Numbered from the stretch's first letter, positions 8,857-19,892 are shown. The stretch: 64,000 nt of DNA from Nitrospirota bacterium (GCA_049325335.1 JBMOMC010000001.1:32001-96000), one strand, 5' to 3'. Numbers and translations are program-made. Notes: generated from the sequence alone by a model not told the origin.

Positions 8857-10386
8857 CTACGGTTTGGGGTCCGGGGGGTTGACGCCATCCAACAAGGCGC
8901 GTTGGATGTCGCTCTTGGTGATGTTCAGCGCTTCCAAAAAGCGCCCCATTCTATGGCTCTTGACCTCCCGGAGTTCCGCCATTTCGGTCGGGCTCTTCAC
9001 GATCGTCGGCGTGAGAAAGATCAGGAGATTCGTTTTCTCGGTCCGCTTGCTGCGAAACTTGAAGAGCCAGCCCAGGACCGGGATGTCCCCCAACAATGGG
9101 ATTTTGCGTTCGCCCGTAATTTCGTTGTCGCGAATCAGGCCGCCGATCACGGCGGTCTGTCCGTCGCCCACCAGCACCGACGTGGTGGCGGACCGCTTGT
9201 TGGTCACCACGCCCAACGCAACGGTTCCGGCGGTCTGGGACTCGCTGGACACGCTCGAAATTTCCTGAAACACGTCCAACTTCACCTGGTTGCTCTCAAG
9301 AATTTGGGGGGTCAGCCGCAGCGTGATCCCCACGTCGCGACGCTCGATGGTCGTGATGGTGTTCCCGCCGGAGGTTTGGCTCTGCCCGGTTGGAAACGGA
9401 CGATTCTCGCCCACCACGATCTCGGCTTTTTGGTTGTCGCTGGTCAGGATTTGCGGCGTGGACAGGATGTTGACGTCGTCTCGACTCTGGAGCGCGCGGA
9501 GGACCGCCCGAACGTTGAACGCGCTCACGTCGGTAAAGTCAATGTTGGGGATCTCCGCGAACGTGGGCGGCGCTTCGTTGAGCCCAGCCACGGCCGTCAG
9601 ATTTCGAGCCGGCGTTTGCGTGCCGAACAACGTGGTCACGTCGGCCCCGAGTTCCTTCAGCCGCGCGACCGAGACCTCCATGATGACCGCTTCCACGTAC
9701 ACCTGCCGCCGCGCGGTGTCCAACTTGCGCACGATGTCCTTGAGAATCCCCAAGTCGCGCCCGGTGCCGGTCACGATCAACGAGTTGGTGGGTTTATCGG
9801 CCAAGACTTGGATTGCGCCCTCAAAGTCTCCGGCCGACCGTAACCCGGGCCGGGCAGGACCGGCTTGCGCCGGACGCGCCACCACCACGTTGAGCACCTT
9901 GACCAGCTCTTCCGCGTTGGCATGGGCCAACGGATACACTTCCACCACCCGATCAGACGGCACTTCCGCCACGGGGAGAATCTGGGTCACCTCCCCGGAC
10001 GGCACCGCGGAAAATCCCTTGAGTTCGAGCACCGAGAGAAAGACGCGGTACGCGTCATCCACCGAGAGTTTGGACGGAGAAAAAATCGTGACCTTGCCTT
10101 TGACCTTCTCATCGATCACGAAATTCTTTTGGGTCAATTCCGAGAAAAACTTGACCAATACGGGAAGGTCCACGTCTTTAAAATCGAGCGAGATTTTGGA
10201 ACCCGGCGCGGCGGACTTGGCCTCCGGCGCGGCAACCGGGACGGGATCTTGCGCCGCGACCAGCGCGGGCGCCCACAACATCGCGGCGACCATGCCGCCC
10301 TGCGCAAGGCGCACGCCCAGCGTTCGGAAACGTGTTGACAGGAACCGATGAAGCGGGCGCGAGCCCCGTCGCGTCATGCCGCGCAA
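8857..10386 (-). CDS. gspD: T2SS secretin GspD (compact form; start may lie slightly downstream)
   Basis: N0 domain (ISLDFKDVDL..KNFVID), QVYVEAVIMEV, NILSTPQI, KIPLLGDIPVLGWLF, LIFLTPTIV. Confidence 0.93.
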   Translation of the reverse strand: MRGMTRRGSRPLHRFLSTRFRTLGVRLAQGGMVAAMLWAPALVAAQDPVPVAAPEAKSAAPGSKISLDFKDVDLPVLVKFFSELTQKNFVIDEKVKGKVTIFSPSKLSVDDAYRVFLSVLELKGFSAVPSGEVTQILPVAEVPSDRVVEVYPLAHANAEELVKVLNVVVARPAQAGPARPGLRSAGDFEGAIQVLADKPTNSLIVTGTGRDLGILKDIVRKLDTARRQVYVEAVIMEVSVARLKELGADVTTLFGTQTPARNLTAVAGLNEAPPTFAEIPNIDFTDVSAFNVRAVLRALQSRDDVNILSTPQILTSDNQKAEIVVGENRPFPTGQSQTSGGNTITTIERRDVGITLRLTPQILESNQVKLDVFQEISSVSSESQTAGTVALGVVTNKRSATTSVLVGDGQTAVIGGLIRDNEITGERKIPLLGDIPVLGWLFKFRSKRTEKTNLLIFLTPTIVKSPTEMAELREVKSHRMGRFLEALNITKSDIQRALLDGVNPPDPKP

Positions 10387-10434
10387 CAGACCGCCCGTTG
10401 GGACAACGCTCCGCGGGTACTCCGCGGCGACCGG

Positions 10435-11343
10435 TCAGCGAATTTCATAACTAAAACTCTCGCGTCGGTTATTGCGCACGAAATCCAGCGCGATGCGGGT
10501 CTCGTCCTTGAGTTGTTGAAACACCCGCATGAAATTCTCCGGATCTTTGATCTCCACCCCGTTGATCTGCTGCAACACGTCGCCGTTTTGCAGTCCGATC
10601 TTCGCGTACAAACTATCGGGCGCGATCGAGAAAATCTTGAATCCGTCGGGCTTGCCGTCCGAGAAATTGGGAATGACCCGGGCTTTGGTCAACAGTTGCG
10701 AAAGATTCCCCAATGCGGCGTTGACCTCTTGTTTATCCAGCACCCACTGATTCGGCTGCACCTGCCGAATGCCCGCGGTCGCGGACGCGGGATCGAACGT
10801 GGGACGAGACGGAGACGCGGCCCCCGGCCCCGGCGGCGCCACGTCTTGCGTGCCGTCGGTATAAATCGACAACGTCTGCTCCTGAGTCCCCAGCCGCAAC
10901 ACGGCCTGATTGCGCTCGATCTTCGCGAGGATGGCGCCGTCCCTGACCATGTCGCGCAGACGGTAGACCTGTTGTTCGCGCGTCACCTTATCCTCGAAGA
11001 TGGCGTACGATCCGGCCCCGTCTCCCATGCCCGTTCCCACCAAGGTCAGGGGGACATCCAAGGGCGTCACCACCACCGGCGTGGCGGTCTCGGGCTGCAG
11101 GATCGGTTGACCGCGCAGCGCCGGATGAAAGAGATCGCCTTCCAGAATACGTTGGTACGACGGGCGCGTGGGCGCGGACACGCCTCGGTTCCCGATTGCC
11201 TTGGGAAGGGCGGCTTCGGGACGGATCGAGGCTTCAAGCGTGCGTGCGATGCCGACATTCACCGCGTCGGCGATGCAGTAAGCCCCCAGGGTCAGGAACG
11301 CGAAGTGAACCCCTAAAAACAGCCGTGTATGCCACCATGCCAT
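10435..11343 (-). CDS. gspC: T2SS protein GspC with C-terminal PDZ domain
   Basis: TM segment, HR domain (LTLVGT..AIFED), PDZ (GFKIFSI..GLQNGDVLQQINGV). Confidence 0.93.
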   Translation of the reverse strand: MAWWHTRLFLGVHFAFLTLGAYCIADAVNVGIARTLEASIRPEAALPKAIGNRGVSAPTRPSYQRILEGDLFHPALRGQPILQPETATPVVVTPLDVPLTLVGTGMGDGAGSYAIFEDKVTREQQVYRLRDMVRDGAILAKIERNQAVLRLGTQEQTLSIYTDGTQDVAPPGPGAASPSRPTFDPASATAGIRQVQPNQWVLDKQEVNAALGNLSQLLTKARVIPNFSDGKPDGFKIFSIAPDSLYAKIGLQNGDVLQQINGVEIKDPENFMRVFQQLKDETRIALDFVRNNRRESFSYEIR

Positions 11344-11433
11344 GTGCTGGAACGCCCCCTGGAAGGACCGCCCGGCGGCGCCGACTCATCCCGGAATCAA
11401 CGCCTCGCGTATTTCAGTCCGCTACGCTGCATA

Positions 11434-11463
11434 ATTATCAGAGAACATTGGCAAAGTTGTCAA
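11434..11463 (-). promoter_or_regulatory. Putative sigma70 promoter of the gsp operon
   Basis: TTGACA-18-GATAAT on the minus strand. Confidence 0.6.
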
Positions 11464-12152
11464 GAAAACGACCGGGAACGCGGTCGGTCGGACCGCGGCG
11501 TGCGCCGAATGAACAGCTTCACCACCACCAGGCCCGTGACAAAACCGCCGACATGGGCGAACCACGCGACCCCGCCTCCGGCTCGCCCAAGACTCATCGT
11601 CCCATTGAGAAACTGGAGCGCGATCCAGAACCCGAGCAGCCATGCCGCGGGAATGTACTCCATCCGCGAGAACACGCCCAACGGAATCCACGTGAGCACC
11701 CGGGCCCGCGGAAACAAGAGGAGATAGGCGCCCAACACCCCGGAGATAGCTCCGCTCGCCCCGATCATCGGCACCGTGGAGCCGGGCGCGGTCACGGCGT
11801 GGGCGTAGGCCGCCACCACGCCGCAGAGGACATAAAACACGACAAACCGGCCATGCCCCATCGCGTCTTCGATGTTGTTCCCGAAAATCCACAGATACAA
11901 CATGTTCCCGCCGATGTGCATCAGCCCGCCGTGAAGGAACATCGCGGTCAGGAGGGTCGCCGACGGCGGGATCGGGGAAAACGCGTCCCCGCCGAACATG
12001 GCCGCCGGCACGGCGCCGAACATGGCGACAAACCCTTCTCCCTGCGCTCCGAGCGACAGTTGATAGAGAAAGACCGCGACATTGACCGTGATCAGCGTCA
12101 CGGTCACGATCGGCGTAATGGTCGTGGGGTTTTCGTCGCGGATGGGGATCAT
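11460..12152 (-). CDS. Rhomboid-family intramembrane serine protease
   Basis: MIPIRD start, HIGGNMLYLWIFG, GASG catalytic Ser, AHVGG catalytic His. Confidence 0.95.
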   Translation of the reverse strand: MIPIRDENPTTITPIVTVTLITVNVAVFLYQLSLGAQGEGFVAMFGAVPAAMFGGDAFSPIPPSATLLTAMFLHGGLMHIGGNMLYLWIFGNNIEDAMGHGRFVVFYVLCGVVAAYAHAVTAPGSTVPMIGASGAISGVLGAYLLLFPRARVLTWIPLGVFSRMEYIPAAWLLGFWIALQFLNGTMSLGRAGGGVAWFAHVGGFVTGLVVVKLFIRRTPRSDRPRSRSFS

Positions 12153-12173
12153 CGGGAGGGTCCTGGAAAACCC

Positions 12174-12263
12174 CGTGGTGGTCCTTCGACGGGCTCAGGA
12201 CGAACGGAAGTGACATTGAAATAACGACGCTTAATCCGTTCGTGGTGGGCTCGTCGAACCACG
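12174..12263. repeat. REP-like paired palindromic element (CTTCGAC-nnG-CTCAG-nACGAACGG family)
   Basis: Two inverted half-units form a long hairpin; a single half-unit recurs at 62254-62277. Confidence 0.75.
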
Positions 12264-12285
12264 CTCAAGATGTTTTCAGAGGAGG

Positions 12286-13872
12286 TTACGACCGACCAAA
12301 CTGAACCAGCGGCCGGCCAGTCATCTCCGCCGGCTGCGGGATCCCCATGAGCGCGAGCAGCGTGGGCGCCACGTCGGCGAAGATGCCGTGGGAAGCCACG
12401 GCCGGACGGTTCGCCGCGTCCAGCCGGAGGCGGCGGTCGATCAAAATACAGGGCACGGGATTGGTGGTGTGCGCGGTATGCGGTCCGCCCGCCTCATCGA
12501 ACATCTGTTCCAAATTCCCGTGATCCGCGGTCAGCACCACGGCACCCCCGCGCGCCAACACCGCGGTCACCACCCGTTCGAGGCAGCGGTCGATCACCTT
12601 GACCGCCTCGATCGCGGAGTCCAGTTTTCCGGTGTGGCCCACCATGTCGGGGTTGGCGTAGTTGATCAAAATAAAGTCATACGCGCCGGAGGCGACTTTG
12701 GCGACGACCGTGTCGGTCACCTCGGGCGCCGACATGGCGGGTTTCTCGTCGTAGGTAGCGACTTCGCGCGGCGACGGGATGAGCACCCGCTCTTCTCCCG
12801 GGTACACGGTTTCCACCCCGCCGTTGAAAAAATACGTCACGTGCGCGTATTTCTCGGTCTCCGCGATCCGCAATTGTTTCCGCCCCAACCCGCTCAACAC
12901 GTCGGCAAAAATGCGCGTAAGCGCCACCGGTTCGAACGCCGCGGGCACGGCCAATCGTTCGTCGTATCGGGTCATGGCGGCGAAACCGGCCCACCGAACG
13001 CGGCGCGCGCGCGCAAACCCGTCGAACGACTCCTGGGTCAGCGCCGCGGTCAACTGCCGCGCGCGATCCGCCCGGAAGTTAAAAAAGATCGCGCTGTCCC
13101 CGTCGCACATCAGCCCCACCGGACGCCCCTCTTCGCAGATGACGATCGGGGCGACGAACTCGTCCGTGACGCCTTGGCGATAACTCTGCTCCACCGCGCC
13201 CACCGCTTCCTTGGCCGTCACGCCGATGCCGGACACCATCGCGTCGTACGCCTTGCGCACGCGGTCCCATCGCTTGTCGCGGTCCATCGGGTAATACCTC
13301 CCGGACACCGTGGCCAGACGCCCCACGCCTTCCGCGGCCATGCGGGCTTCGAGCGCCCGGAGATATCCCAGCGCGCTCTGCGGCGGCGTGTCGCGTCCGT
13401 CCAAAAACGCATGCACCGCGACGCGCGACGCCCCCCGACGCTTGGCCATCGCCAGCACCGCGAACAGATGATCCATATGGCTGTGCACGCCGCCGTCGGA
13501 CAGTAACCCAAGCAGATGCAGGGTGGCGCCGGGAGTTCGCGCCGCGTCCACCGCACCGCACAACACCGGATTGTCCGCGAACGAGCCGTCGGTCACGCTG
13601 CGGTTGATGCGCGTGAAATCCTGGTACACCACGCGGCCGGCCCCTAAATTGAGGTGGCCGACCTCGGAGTTGCCCATCTGTTCGTCGGGCAGCCCCACCG
13701 ACTCCCCGGAGGAAGTGAGTTCGAGCGACGCGTAATCGCGCAAGAGTCCGTGGTAGAACGGCGCGCCCGCGAGCGCGATCGCGTTGCCTTCGCGTTCACG
13801 GCGAACGCCCCATCCGTCCAGAATAATGAGCATGACCGGACGCGGCGCGGGGTGACTCGCCTGGGTTACCAC
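12286..13872 (-). CDS. gpmI: 2,3-BPG-independent phosphoglycerate mutase
   Basis: LIILDGWG, MGNSEVGHLNLGAGR, AETEKYAHVT, DMVGHTG, ADHGN; start set at the GTG overlapping the upstream stop. Confidence 0.97.
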   Translation of the reverse strand: MVTQASHPAPRPVMLIILDGWGVRREREGNAIALAGAPFYHGLLRDYASLELTSSGESVGLPDEQMGNSEVGHLNLGAGRVVYQDFTRINRSVTDGSFADNPVLCGAVDAARTPGATLHLLGLLSDGGVHSHMDHLFAVLAMAKRRGASRVAVHAFLDGRDTPPQSALGYLRALEARMAAEGVGRLATVSGRYYPMDRDKRWDRVRKAYDAMVSGIGVTAKEAVGAVEQSYRQGVTDEFVAPIVICEEGRPVGLMCDGDSAIFFNFRADRARQLTAALTQESFDGFARARRVRWAGFAAMTRYDERLAVPAAFEPVALTRIFADVLSGLGRKQLRIAETEKYAHVTYFFNGGVETVYPGEERVLIPSPREVATYDEKPAMSAPEVTDTVVAKVASGAYDFILINYANPDMVGHTGKLDSAIEAVKVIDRCLERVVTAVLARGGAVVLTADHGNLEQMFDEAGGPHTAHTTNPVPCILIDRRLRLDAANRPAVASHGIFADVAPTLLALMGIPQPAEMTGRPLVQFGRS

Positions 13873-15206
13873 GAGACGCGGACGACCTCCCCCTCCGGCT
13901 TTCGTTTGATCACGATCGGCAACGCGGACATGGTATTCCAGGCCTTGCAGCGCGCGCACCGACCCAAGTACTTCGTGCTGTGGTAATCGCACACGGGGCA
14001 GTAGTACGACACGATCACCCGTTTTTTCAGGCCCAACGCCCGCTTGAACTCCTCGATCGCGGCGGCGTCGTGGCCCTGACGTTGCGCCAGGTTTCCAAGG
14101 AGCCGGTGCAGATCCGGAAAGTGCTCGTCGCTCGCGTCGATGCCCGCCAATACATCCTGCGCCTCGTCGAGCATTTCGAGACGGTAATAGACTTTGCCGA
14201 GGTAGAACCGAAGGGCGTGGTTGTCGGGGTCCTTGCGGACCGCGTCGTGGTAACACCGAAGAATTTGTTCGGGTTCGCCCATATCGATGTACAGATCCTC
14301 TAGCCGGTGCAAGAGAATGATGTCCGGCACCGCGGCGTAGGCCTTTTCGTACAAGGCCACCGCGTCGCGGGGACGGCCCTCCTGCACGATCAACTCGCCC
14401 CACCCCACGTACGCGGGCACGAAGCGTTGGTCAAGTTTGACGGCGCCCCGAAACGCCCGCCGCGCACGATCGCGATCTCCCTTGGCCGTCCACATCCGTC
14501 CGAGTTCGTACTTGATCCCGCACAAGATGCGTTTCGCGTCGGCCGCCTCGGCGGGTGCCTTGGCCGCGCCCACGATCCGTTCTTGCAGGCCGTGCGCGTC
14601 TTCCCACCGCTCCAGTTTCATATACAGGTCGCGCAGCCGCGCCGTCACCGCCGGATTCCCCTCATCGTCCTTGAGCGCCTCGCGGTAGAGCGCGATCGCG
14701 TCGTCGGAACGGTTCGCGGTTTCCAACGTTTCGCCCAACGTCATCACGACTTCGAAATTCTGTTCGTCTCCCGCGCGGGCACGACGAAGGAACCGGATCG
14801 CGTCGTCAAGACTCCCGGTCCGATTTTTGATGGTCCCCAGTTGCACCAACGCCGGCACGTGATGGGGATTAATGTCCAGCACCCGACCAAGGTGCGATAC
14901 CGCTTCCTTAGTGCGCCCGGAGAACCACGCGTGGTGCGCGGCCGTCAAGTGCTCCTGCACCTTGCCCGCCACCTGGCGCTGGCGGCCCACCCGCCAGTTG
15001 GTCCACCAGCGCCTCACTTCGCGCATCCCGAGCGTGGACAACACCAGCGCCCCGCCGAATGCGATCGCACCCAACACGAGCACGGATAGGGCGACCTCGG
15101 TTGAACGGGCCTCCGAAATCCGAAAACTCACTGGCGTGGGATTCAAGTGGGTCAGATACGCCAGAACCCCGAGCAACACCATGACGATCGTGACGAAAAA
15201 ACGCAT
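13866..15206 (-). CDS. lapB: LPS assembly regulator, LapA-LapB fusion (TM + TPR repeats + rubredoxin)
   Basis: N-terminal LapA-like two-TM segment, multiple TPRs, C-terminal YxCxxC...CxxCxxW. Confidence 0.8.
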   Translation of the reverse strand: MRFFVTIVMVLLGVLAYLTHLNPTPVSFRISEARSTEVALSVLVLGAIAFGGALVLSTLGMREVRRWWTNWRVGRQRQVAGKVQEHLTAAHHAWFSGRTKEAVSHLGRVLDINPHHVPALVQLGTIKNRTGSLDDAIRFLRRARAGDEQNFEVVMTLGETLETANRSDDAIALYREALKDDEGNPAVTARLRDLYMKLERWEDAHGLQERIVGAAKAPAEAADAKRILCGIKYELGRMWTAKGDRDRARRAFRGAVKLDQRFVPAYVGWGELIVQEGRPRDAVALYEKAYAAVPDIILLHRLEDLYIDMGEPEQILRCYHDAVRKDPDNHALRFYLGKVYYRLEMLDEAQDVLAGIDASDEHFPDLHRLLGNLAQRQGHDAAAIEEFKRALGLKKRVIVSYYCPVCDYHSTKYLGRCARCKAWNTMSALPIVIKRKPEGEVVRVSW

Positions 15207-15212
15207 GCAGGG

Positions 15213-15656
15213 TTACCCCGGCTCAGAGGGAGTGATGAGACGTTGGCGGTCGCGGGATGACGGCGAGCGGGCCGAACGGGAATCCGGACGCGATACCGGC
15301 AAGTCGATCAACGGCGCGTCGGCCCACAGCCGCTCGATCCGATAGAACTCTCGCGCCTCCCGATGAAACACGTGGACCACGAGGCCCCCATAATCCAAGA
15401 GCACCCACCGGCCGTGCTCCAGTCCTTCGCTGCGCAGTAGTCGCGCGCCTTCGGTGTCGAGCGCCTCGTCCACGGCCTCGGCGATCGCCTTGACCTGCCG
15501 AACGGAATCGCCCGACGCGATCACCAAATAACTGGTCACCGTGGTCAACGCCGCCACGTCAAGCACCATCACGTCGTCCGCAAGTTTGTCGCGGGCGACC
15601 ACGCCGGCGAGGATCGCGATGGTTTTATCCGTCAGAGTCGTGCGGGCTCCCAGCAA
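15213..15656 (-). CDS. rsfS: Ribosome silencing factor
   Basis: DKLADDVMVLDV, RQVKAIA, WVLLDYG.LVVHVF..EAREFY.IERLW. Confidence 0.95.
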   Translation of the reverse strand: MLGARTTLTDKTIAILAGVVARDKLADDVMVLDVAALTTVTSYLVIASGDSVRQVKAIAEAVDEALDTEGARLLRSEGLEHGRWVLLDYGGLVVHVFHREAREFYRIERLWADAPLIDLPVSRPDSRSARSPSSRDRQRLITPSEPG

Positions 15657-16359
15657 CGCGATTGGAGAGTTCGTTCGTTTCGCGAACTCCGTACAGCCTA
15701 TTTTGGAGTATATAAGACTGTACCGGAGCGGGCAAGACTTTTTTCACGGACCGCCCGGCCGCGAGGTCGCGACGGATCTGGGTGGACGACGCGTCGCACG
15801 GGATGGGCCGAATCAGGCACACCGGAGCGTGCGGCGACAGATCCAAGACCGCCTCGCCGGCCTGGGCATCCAATCGTTCCAATGCCTCGCGCGGGGTCTC
15901 GGCCATCCACGGCAGACCGACTAAGCCCGCGAACGGCGTCCCTTGTCGTCCGATCACGAGCAACCGGCAGGCCGCCACCAACCGGTGCGGATCGCGCCAA
16001 GCGGATAACGTCCGAAACATCTCGATCCCCAGCAGGAACGAGAGATCCGCGTCCGGGTAGCGGCGGCGAAAAACCTCCATGGTGTCGGCCGAATACGACG
16101 GTCCTTCGCGGGTCAGTTCGAGGTCATCAACTCCAAACCTCGGCCAACCGGCCACCGCCAGCTTGACCATCTCGAATCGGTGAGCGGCCGGCGCCAGGTC
16201 CCCGGCTTTATGCGGCGGGATCGCGGCGGGCACGAAGATGACGCGGTCCAATCCCGCCAGCTCGCGCACGCGAGCCGCGATCCGTAGGTGGCACACATGG
16301 ATGGGGTTGAAGGTGCCCCCGAATACCCCGATTCTCGGTGGGGCACGACGCGTCGACAC
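15625..16359 (-). CDS. nadD: Nicotinate-nucleotide adenylyltransferase
   Basis: GVFGGTFNPIH, PPHK, GPSYS, SSTQIR. Confidence 0.95.
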   Translation of the reverse strand: MSTRRAPPRIGVFGGTFNPIHVCHLRIAARVRELAGLDRVIFVPAAIPPHKAGDLAPAAHRFEMVKLAVAGWPRFGVDDLELTREGPSYSADTMEVFRRRYPDADLSFLLGIEMFRTLSAWRDPHRLVAACRLLVIGRQGTPFAGLVGLPWMAETPREALERLDAQAGEAVLDLSPHAPVCLIRPIPCDASSTQIRRDLAAGRSVKKVLPAPVQSYILQNRLYGVRETNELSNRVAGSPHDSDG

Positions 16360-16361
16360 GC

Positions 16362-17621
16362 TTAGGTTCTGATCTGGCCGGAACCGAACACGACGAACTT
16401 CGCGCAGGTGAGTTCTTCCAGCCCCATCGCGCCCCGCGCGTGCAGGCGCGACGTCGAGATGCCGATTTCCGCGCCGAGCCCGAACTGGTACCCGTCGTGT
16501 AACCGCGTAGAGGCGTTGATCAACACCGCCGCGGCGTCCACTTCGCGCAGGAACCGCTGGGCGCGGCTATAGTCGGCGGTCAAGATCGCCTCGGTGTGTT
16601 GAGACCCGTAGCGCGCGATGTGAGCCATGGCGTCGTCCATCCCGTCGACGACTTTGACCGCCAAGATCAGATCCAAATACTCCGCGGACCAATCCTCCTC
16701 CGTGGCCGCGACCGCACCCGGCGACGCGGCGAGAGTCCGGGGGCACCCGCGGACCTCCACGCCCGCGCGGCGCAACCGCTCGACGAACGCGGGCAGCCAC
16801 GATCCCGCATGGGCGTGGTGGACCAACAGCGTTTCCAGCGCGTTGCAGGTCCCGGGACGTTGCGCCTTGGCGTTCAGGCACACGGCCTCGGCCATGGCGA
16901 GGTCCACGGGCGCGTCCACGTAGATATGGCACACACCCTTGTCGTGTTTGATCACCGGCACCGTGGCTTGGCCGGCCACGGCTCGGATCAACCCCTCGCC
17001 GCCGCGCGGAATGATTAGGTCAACGTATTGATCGAGTGTGGCCATGACGCGCACGCCCTCGCGCTCGGTCCGCTCGATCAGCGACACCGCGCCGTCGGGC
17101 ACGCCCGCTTTCGCGGCCGCGTCGGTCAACAATCGCGCGATCGTCCGGTTGGACTGAAGTGACTCGGAGCCCCCCCGCAACAACACGGCGTTGCCGGACT
17201 TCAGGCACAACGCCGCGGAATCCGCGGTCACATTGGGACGGGATTCGTAGATGATCCCGATCACACCCAGCGGCACGCGCATCCGCCCCACCTGCATCCC
17301 GTTGGGCCGCACCACCAGGGACGAAATCGCGCCGACCGGATCAGGCAGGTCCGCCACCTCGCGCACGCCCCGGGCCATGTCGTCGATGCGTTGCGGAGTG
17401 AGGCTCAGACGGTCCACGAAGGCCTGGGGACGACCCTCGCCGCGCGCGGTCTCCACGTCGCGGCCGTTGGCGTCCAGGATCTCCGCGCGGTGGGCAACGA
17501 GGGCGTCGGCCATGCCGCGCAGCGCGCGATTCTTCACGTCGCTGGAGAGCACCACGAGCGCGGCGGCCGCGCGTTTAGCCGCCCGAGCCTTCTCCGTGAT
17601 ATGCGCGACCAACTCGTCCAT
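16362..17621 (-). CDS. proA: Glutamate-5-semialdehyde dehydrogenase
   Basis: PLGVIGIIYESRPNVT, CNALETLL, GAEIGIST; start trimmed to MDELVAH. Confidence 0.97.
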   Translation of the reverse strand: MDELVAHITEKARAAKRAAAALVVLSSDVKNRALRGMADALVAHRAEILDANGRDVETARGEGRPQAFVDRLSLTPQRIDDMARGVREVADLPDPVGAISSLVVRPNGMQVGRMRVPLGVIGIIYESRPNVTADSAALCLKSGNAVLLRGGSESLQSNRTIARLLTDAAAKAGVPDGAVSLIERTEREGVRVMATLDQYVDLIIPRGGEGLIRAVAGQATVPVIKHDKGVCHIYVDAPVDLAMAEAVCLNAKAQRPGTCNALETLLVHHAHAGSWLPAFVERLRRAGVEVRGCPRTLAASPGAVAATEEDWSAEYLDLILAVKVVDGMDDAMAHIARYGSQHTEAILTADYSRAQRFLREVDAAAVLINASTRLHDGYQFGLGAEIGISTSRLHARGAMGLEELTCAKFVVFGSGQIRT

Positions 17622-17622
17622 C

Positions 17623-18777
17623 TCAATCCTCGCGGGAATCATCCAGGACCACGAGATTGTCGCAATGGATGACCTCGTCATAATATTTGTATCCCAATCG
17701 TTTTGCAATCTCGGACGTTTTGAGGCCGCAAATCTTCGCCACGTCCGAGGACGAGTAGTTGACCAGCCCACGCGCCACCACTCGGCCGGCGGAATCCAGA
17801 CACGCCACCGCGTCGCCCGCGGCGAATTCCCCCGACACCTTGGTCACGCCGGAGGGCAACAGGCTTTTCCCGGAATCCACCACCGCCCGCACCGCGCCCG
17901 CGTCCAGCCACACCTGGCCGGAGACCCGCACCGCATGCGCGATCCAGCGTTGCCGGCTATTTAAGCCCCGGGCGCGCGGGAAAAACATCGTGCCCACCGG
18001 TTCGCCCCGCAGCGCACGGTTTAACTCCCCGGTGCGATGACCGCTGACGATGATGGTTGCGGCTCCGCACGCGGCCGCGCGTTTGGCCGCCGCGAGTTTG
18101 GTCACCATCCCCCCGGTCCCCTCGCTGCGGCTCGACCCGCCCGCAGCGCGCTCCACCTCGGGCGTCACCCGCTCCACGTTGACCAACCGCGCGGCCGCGG
18201 GATCGCGGTGCGGATCCCCGGTGTACAAGCCGTCCACATCGGACAGGATGACCAAGAGATGCGCGTCGATCAACCCGACCACCAAGCTCGCCAACGCATC
18301 GTTGTCCCCGAACTTAATTTCATCCACCGAGACCGTGTCGTTTTCGTTGATGATCGGGACCACGCCGAGGCCCAACAACGTCAGCATGGTATGGCGCGCG
18401 TTGAGAAATCGCGTGCGCCGCGAGAGGTCATCGCCGGTCAACAGAACCTGCGCCACGTGCCGTTTGTGGCGCGCGAAGGCCCGTTCATACGCCCACATCA
18501 AGCGGCTCTGTCCGACCGCGGCCGCGGCCTGTTTGAGCGGCAAACTCTTGGGACGTTCGGTCAGTCCCAGCGGCGCCAGGCCGGAGGCGATCGCGCCGGA
18601 CGACACCATCGCCAGTTGGTAGCCGTCGGCCGCGAGCGCGGCGCATTCGCGCGCGAGCGCGCCGATCCGTCGGACGTTGATCCCGCGCGCGTGCGACGCC
18701 AGGACGCTGCTGCCGACCTTGATCACCACGCGCCGAGCGCGGCTCAACACGGACTGTCTTTGGAATGGACCCGTCAC
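17623..18777 (-). CDS. proB: Glutamate 5-kinase
   Basis: [36 protein letters not shown] domain. Confidence 0.97.
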   Translation of the reverse strand: MTGPFQRQSVLSRARRVVIKVGSSVLASHARGINVRRIGALARECAALAADGYQLAMVSSGAIASGLAPLGLTERPKSLPLKQAAAAVGQSRLMWAYERAFARHKRHVAQVLLTGDDLSRRTRFLNARHTMLTLLGLGVVPIINENDTVSVDEIKFGDNDALASLVVGLIDAHLLVILSDVDGLYTGDPHRDPAAARLVNVERVTPEVERAAGGSSRSEGTGGMVTKLAAAKRAAACGAATIIVSGHRTGELNRALRGEPVGTMFFPRARGLNSRQRWIAHAVRVSGQVWLDAGAVRAVVDSGKSLLPSGVTKVSGEFAAGDAVACLDSAGRVVARGLVNYSSSDVAKICGLKTSEIAKRLGYKYYDEVIHCDNLVVLDDSRED

Positions 18778-19826
18778 CGCGTGTCCGAAGATATGGCCGC
18801 GTCGGGCGCGTTCACCGCCGATGCCGACTGTTCCGCGCGGGACACACGGGAGCCCACCGCCCGCAACAACGCGTCGATCCCTTGCCCCGTGGCAGCGGAG
18901 ACTTCAAAATACGGCCAACCGCGCCTGCCGCAGTACTCGCGCAGGACATCCACCGCGCCGCTGCCGGCCGCGTCCAGTTTGGTCGCCACCACCACGAACG
19001 GTTTGGCCGCGAGTTCAGGGCTGGTCAGCGCCAACTCTCGCCGCACGGACTCCATGTCCTCGACCGGCCGTCCGCCCGCCGCATCCGACACGTCCACCAG
19101 ATGCAACAAAAAAGCCGTGCGCTCGACGTGACGGAGAAATTGAATGCCCAACCCCTTGCCTTCGTGCGCGCCTTCGATCAGCCCCGGAATATCCGCCGCG
19201 ACAAAACTCCGGCCTTCGGCCCACGTGACCACCCCGAGCGCGGGTTCCAACGTCGTGAACGGGTACGCCGCGATCTTGGGCCGCGCGGCCGAGATCGTGG
19301 ACAACAAGGTGGATTTGCCCGCGTTCGGCAACCCCACCAAACCGACGTCCGCGAGCAATTTCAACTCCAGCGTCAGGCTGCGCTCCTCGCCCGCCCCGCC
19401 GGGCTCGGCAAACGTGGGGGCCTGACGCGTGGGCGTGGCGAAGTGCTGGTTGCCGCGTCCGCCGCGTCCGCCACGGGCGACCACGAGTTCCTGATCGGCC
19501 GCGATCAAATCAGCCAACACCTCGCCCTGGGACGCGTCGCGCACGATCGTGCCGACCGGCACGCGGATGATCAGATCTTCGCCGCGTTTTCCGCTCTGGT
19601 CCTTCCCGCGGCCGTGTTCTCCTCGTTGCGCCGCGTACAGCCTGCGATAGCGAAGATCTAATAAGGTATGAAGTTGGGGGTCGGCCCGGAGAATGACGCT
19701 GCCGCCGTGGCCGCCGTCGCCGCCGTTGGGGCCGCCGCGGGGGACAAAGGCTTCGCGACGGAAGCTGACGCATCCGTTTCCGCCGTCACCGGCCTTGACG
19801 TGAATGGAGAGATAGTCGACGAACAT
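18774..19826 (-). CDS. obgE: GTPase ObgE/CgtA
   Basis: MFVD, Gly-rich Obg domain, [19 protein letters not shown]. Confidence 0.98.
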   Translation of the reverse strand: MFVDYLSIHVKAGDGGNGCVSFRREAFVPRGGPNGGDGGHGGSVILRADPQLHTLLDLRYRRLYAAQRGEHGRGKDQSGKRGEDLIIRVPVGTIVRDASQGEVLADLIAADQELVVARGGRGGRGNQHFATPTRQAPTFAEPGGAGEERSLTLELKLLADVGLVGLPNAGKSTLLSTISAARPKIAAYPFTTLEPALGVVTWAEGRSFVAADIPGLIEGAHEGKGLGIQFLRHVERTAFLLHLVDVSDAAGGRPVEDMESVRRELALTSPELAAKPFVVVATKLDAAGSGAVDVLREYCGRRGWPYFEVSAATGQGIDALLRAVGSRVSRAEQSASAVNAPDAAISSDTR

Positions 19827-19892
19827 ACCAGGCAGAGGCGCGAATCGCCGACCAATTTCGACGGGGCGCGCCGGCCCCGTGTAGCCAAGGGG

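Noticed and set aside
12286..14403. 705-aa GpmI, and similar N-terminal extensions of gspF, proA, nuoM1, arsS and the AhpD-like gene in the ORF track
   Set aside because: The extensions overlap upstream genes in other frames; family motifs and RBSs support the shorter starts
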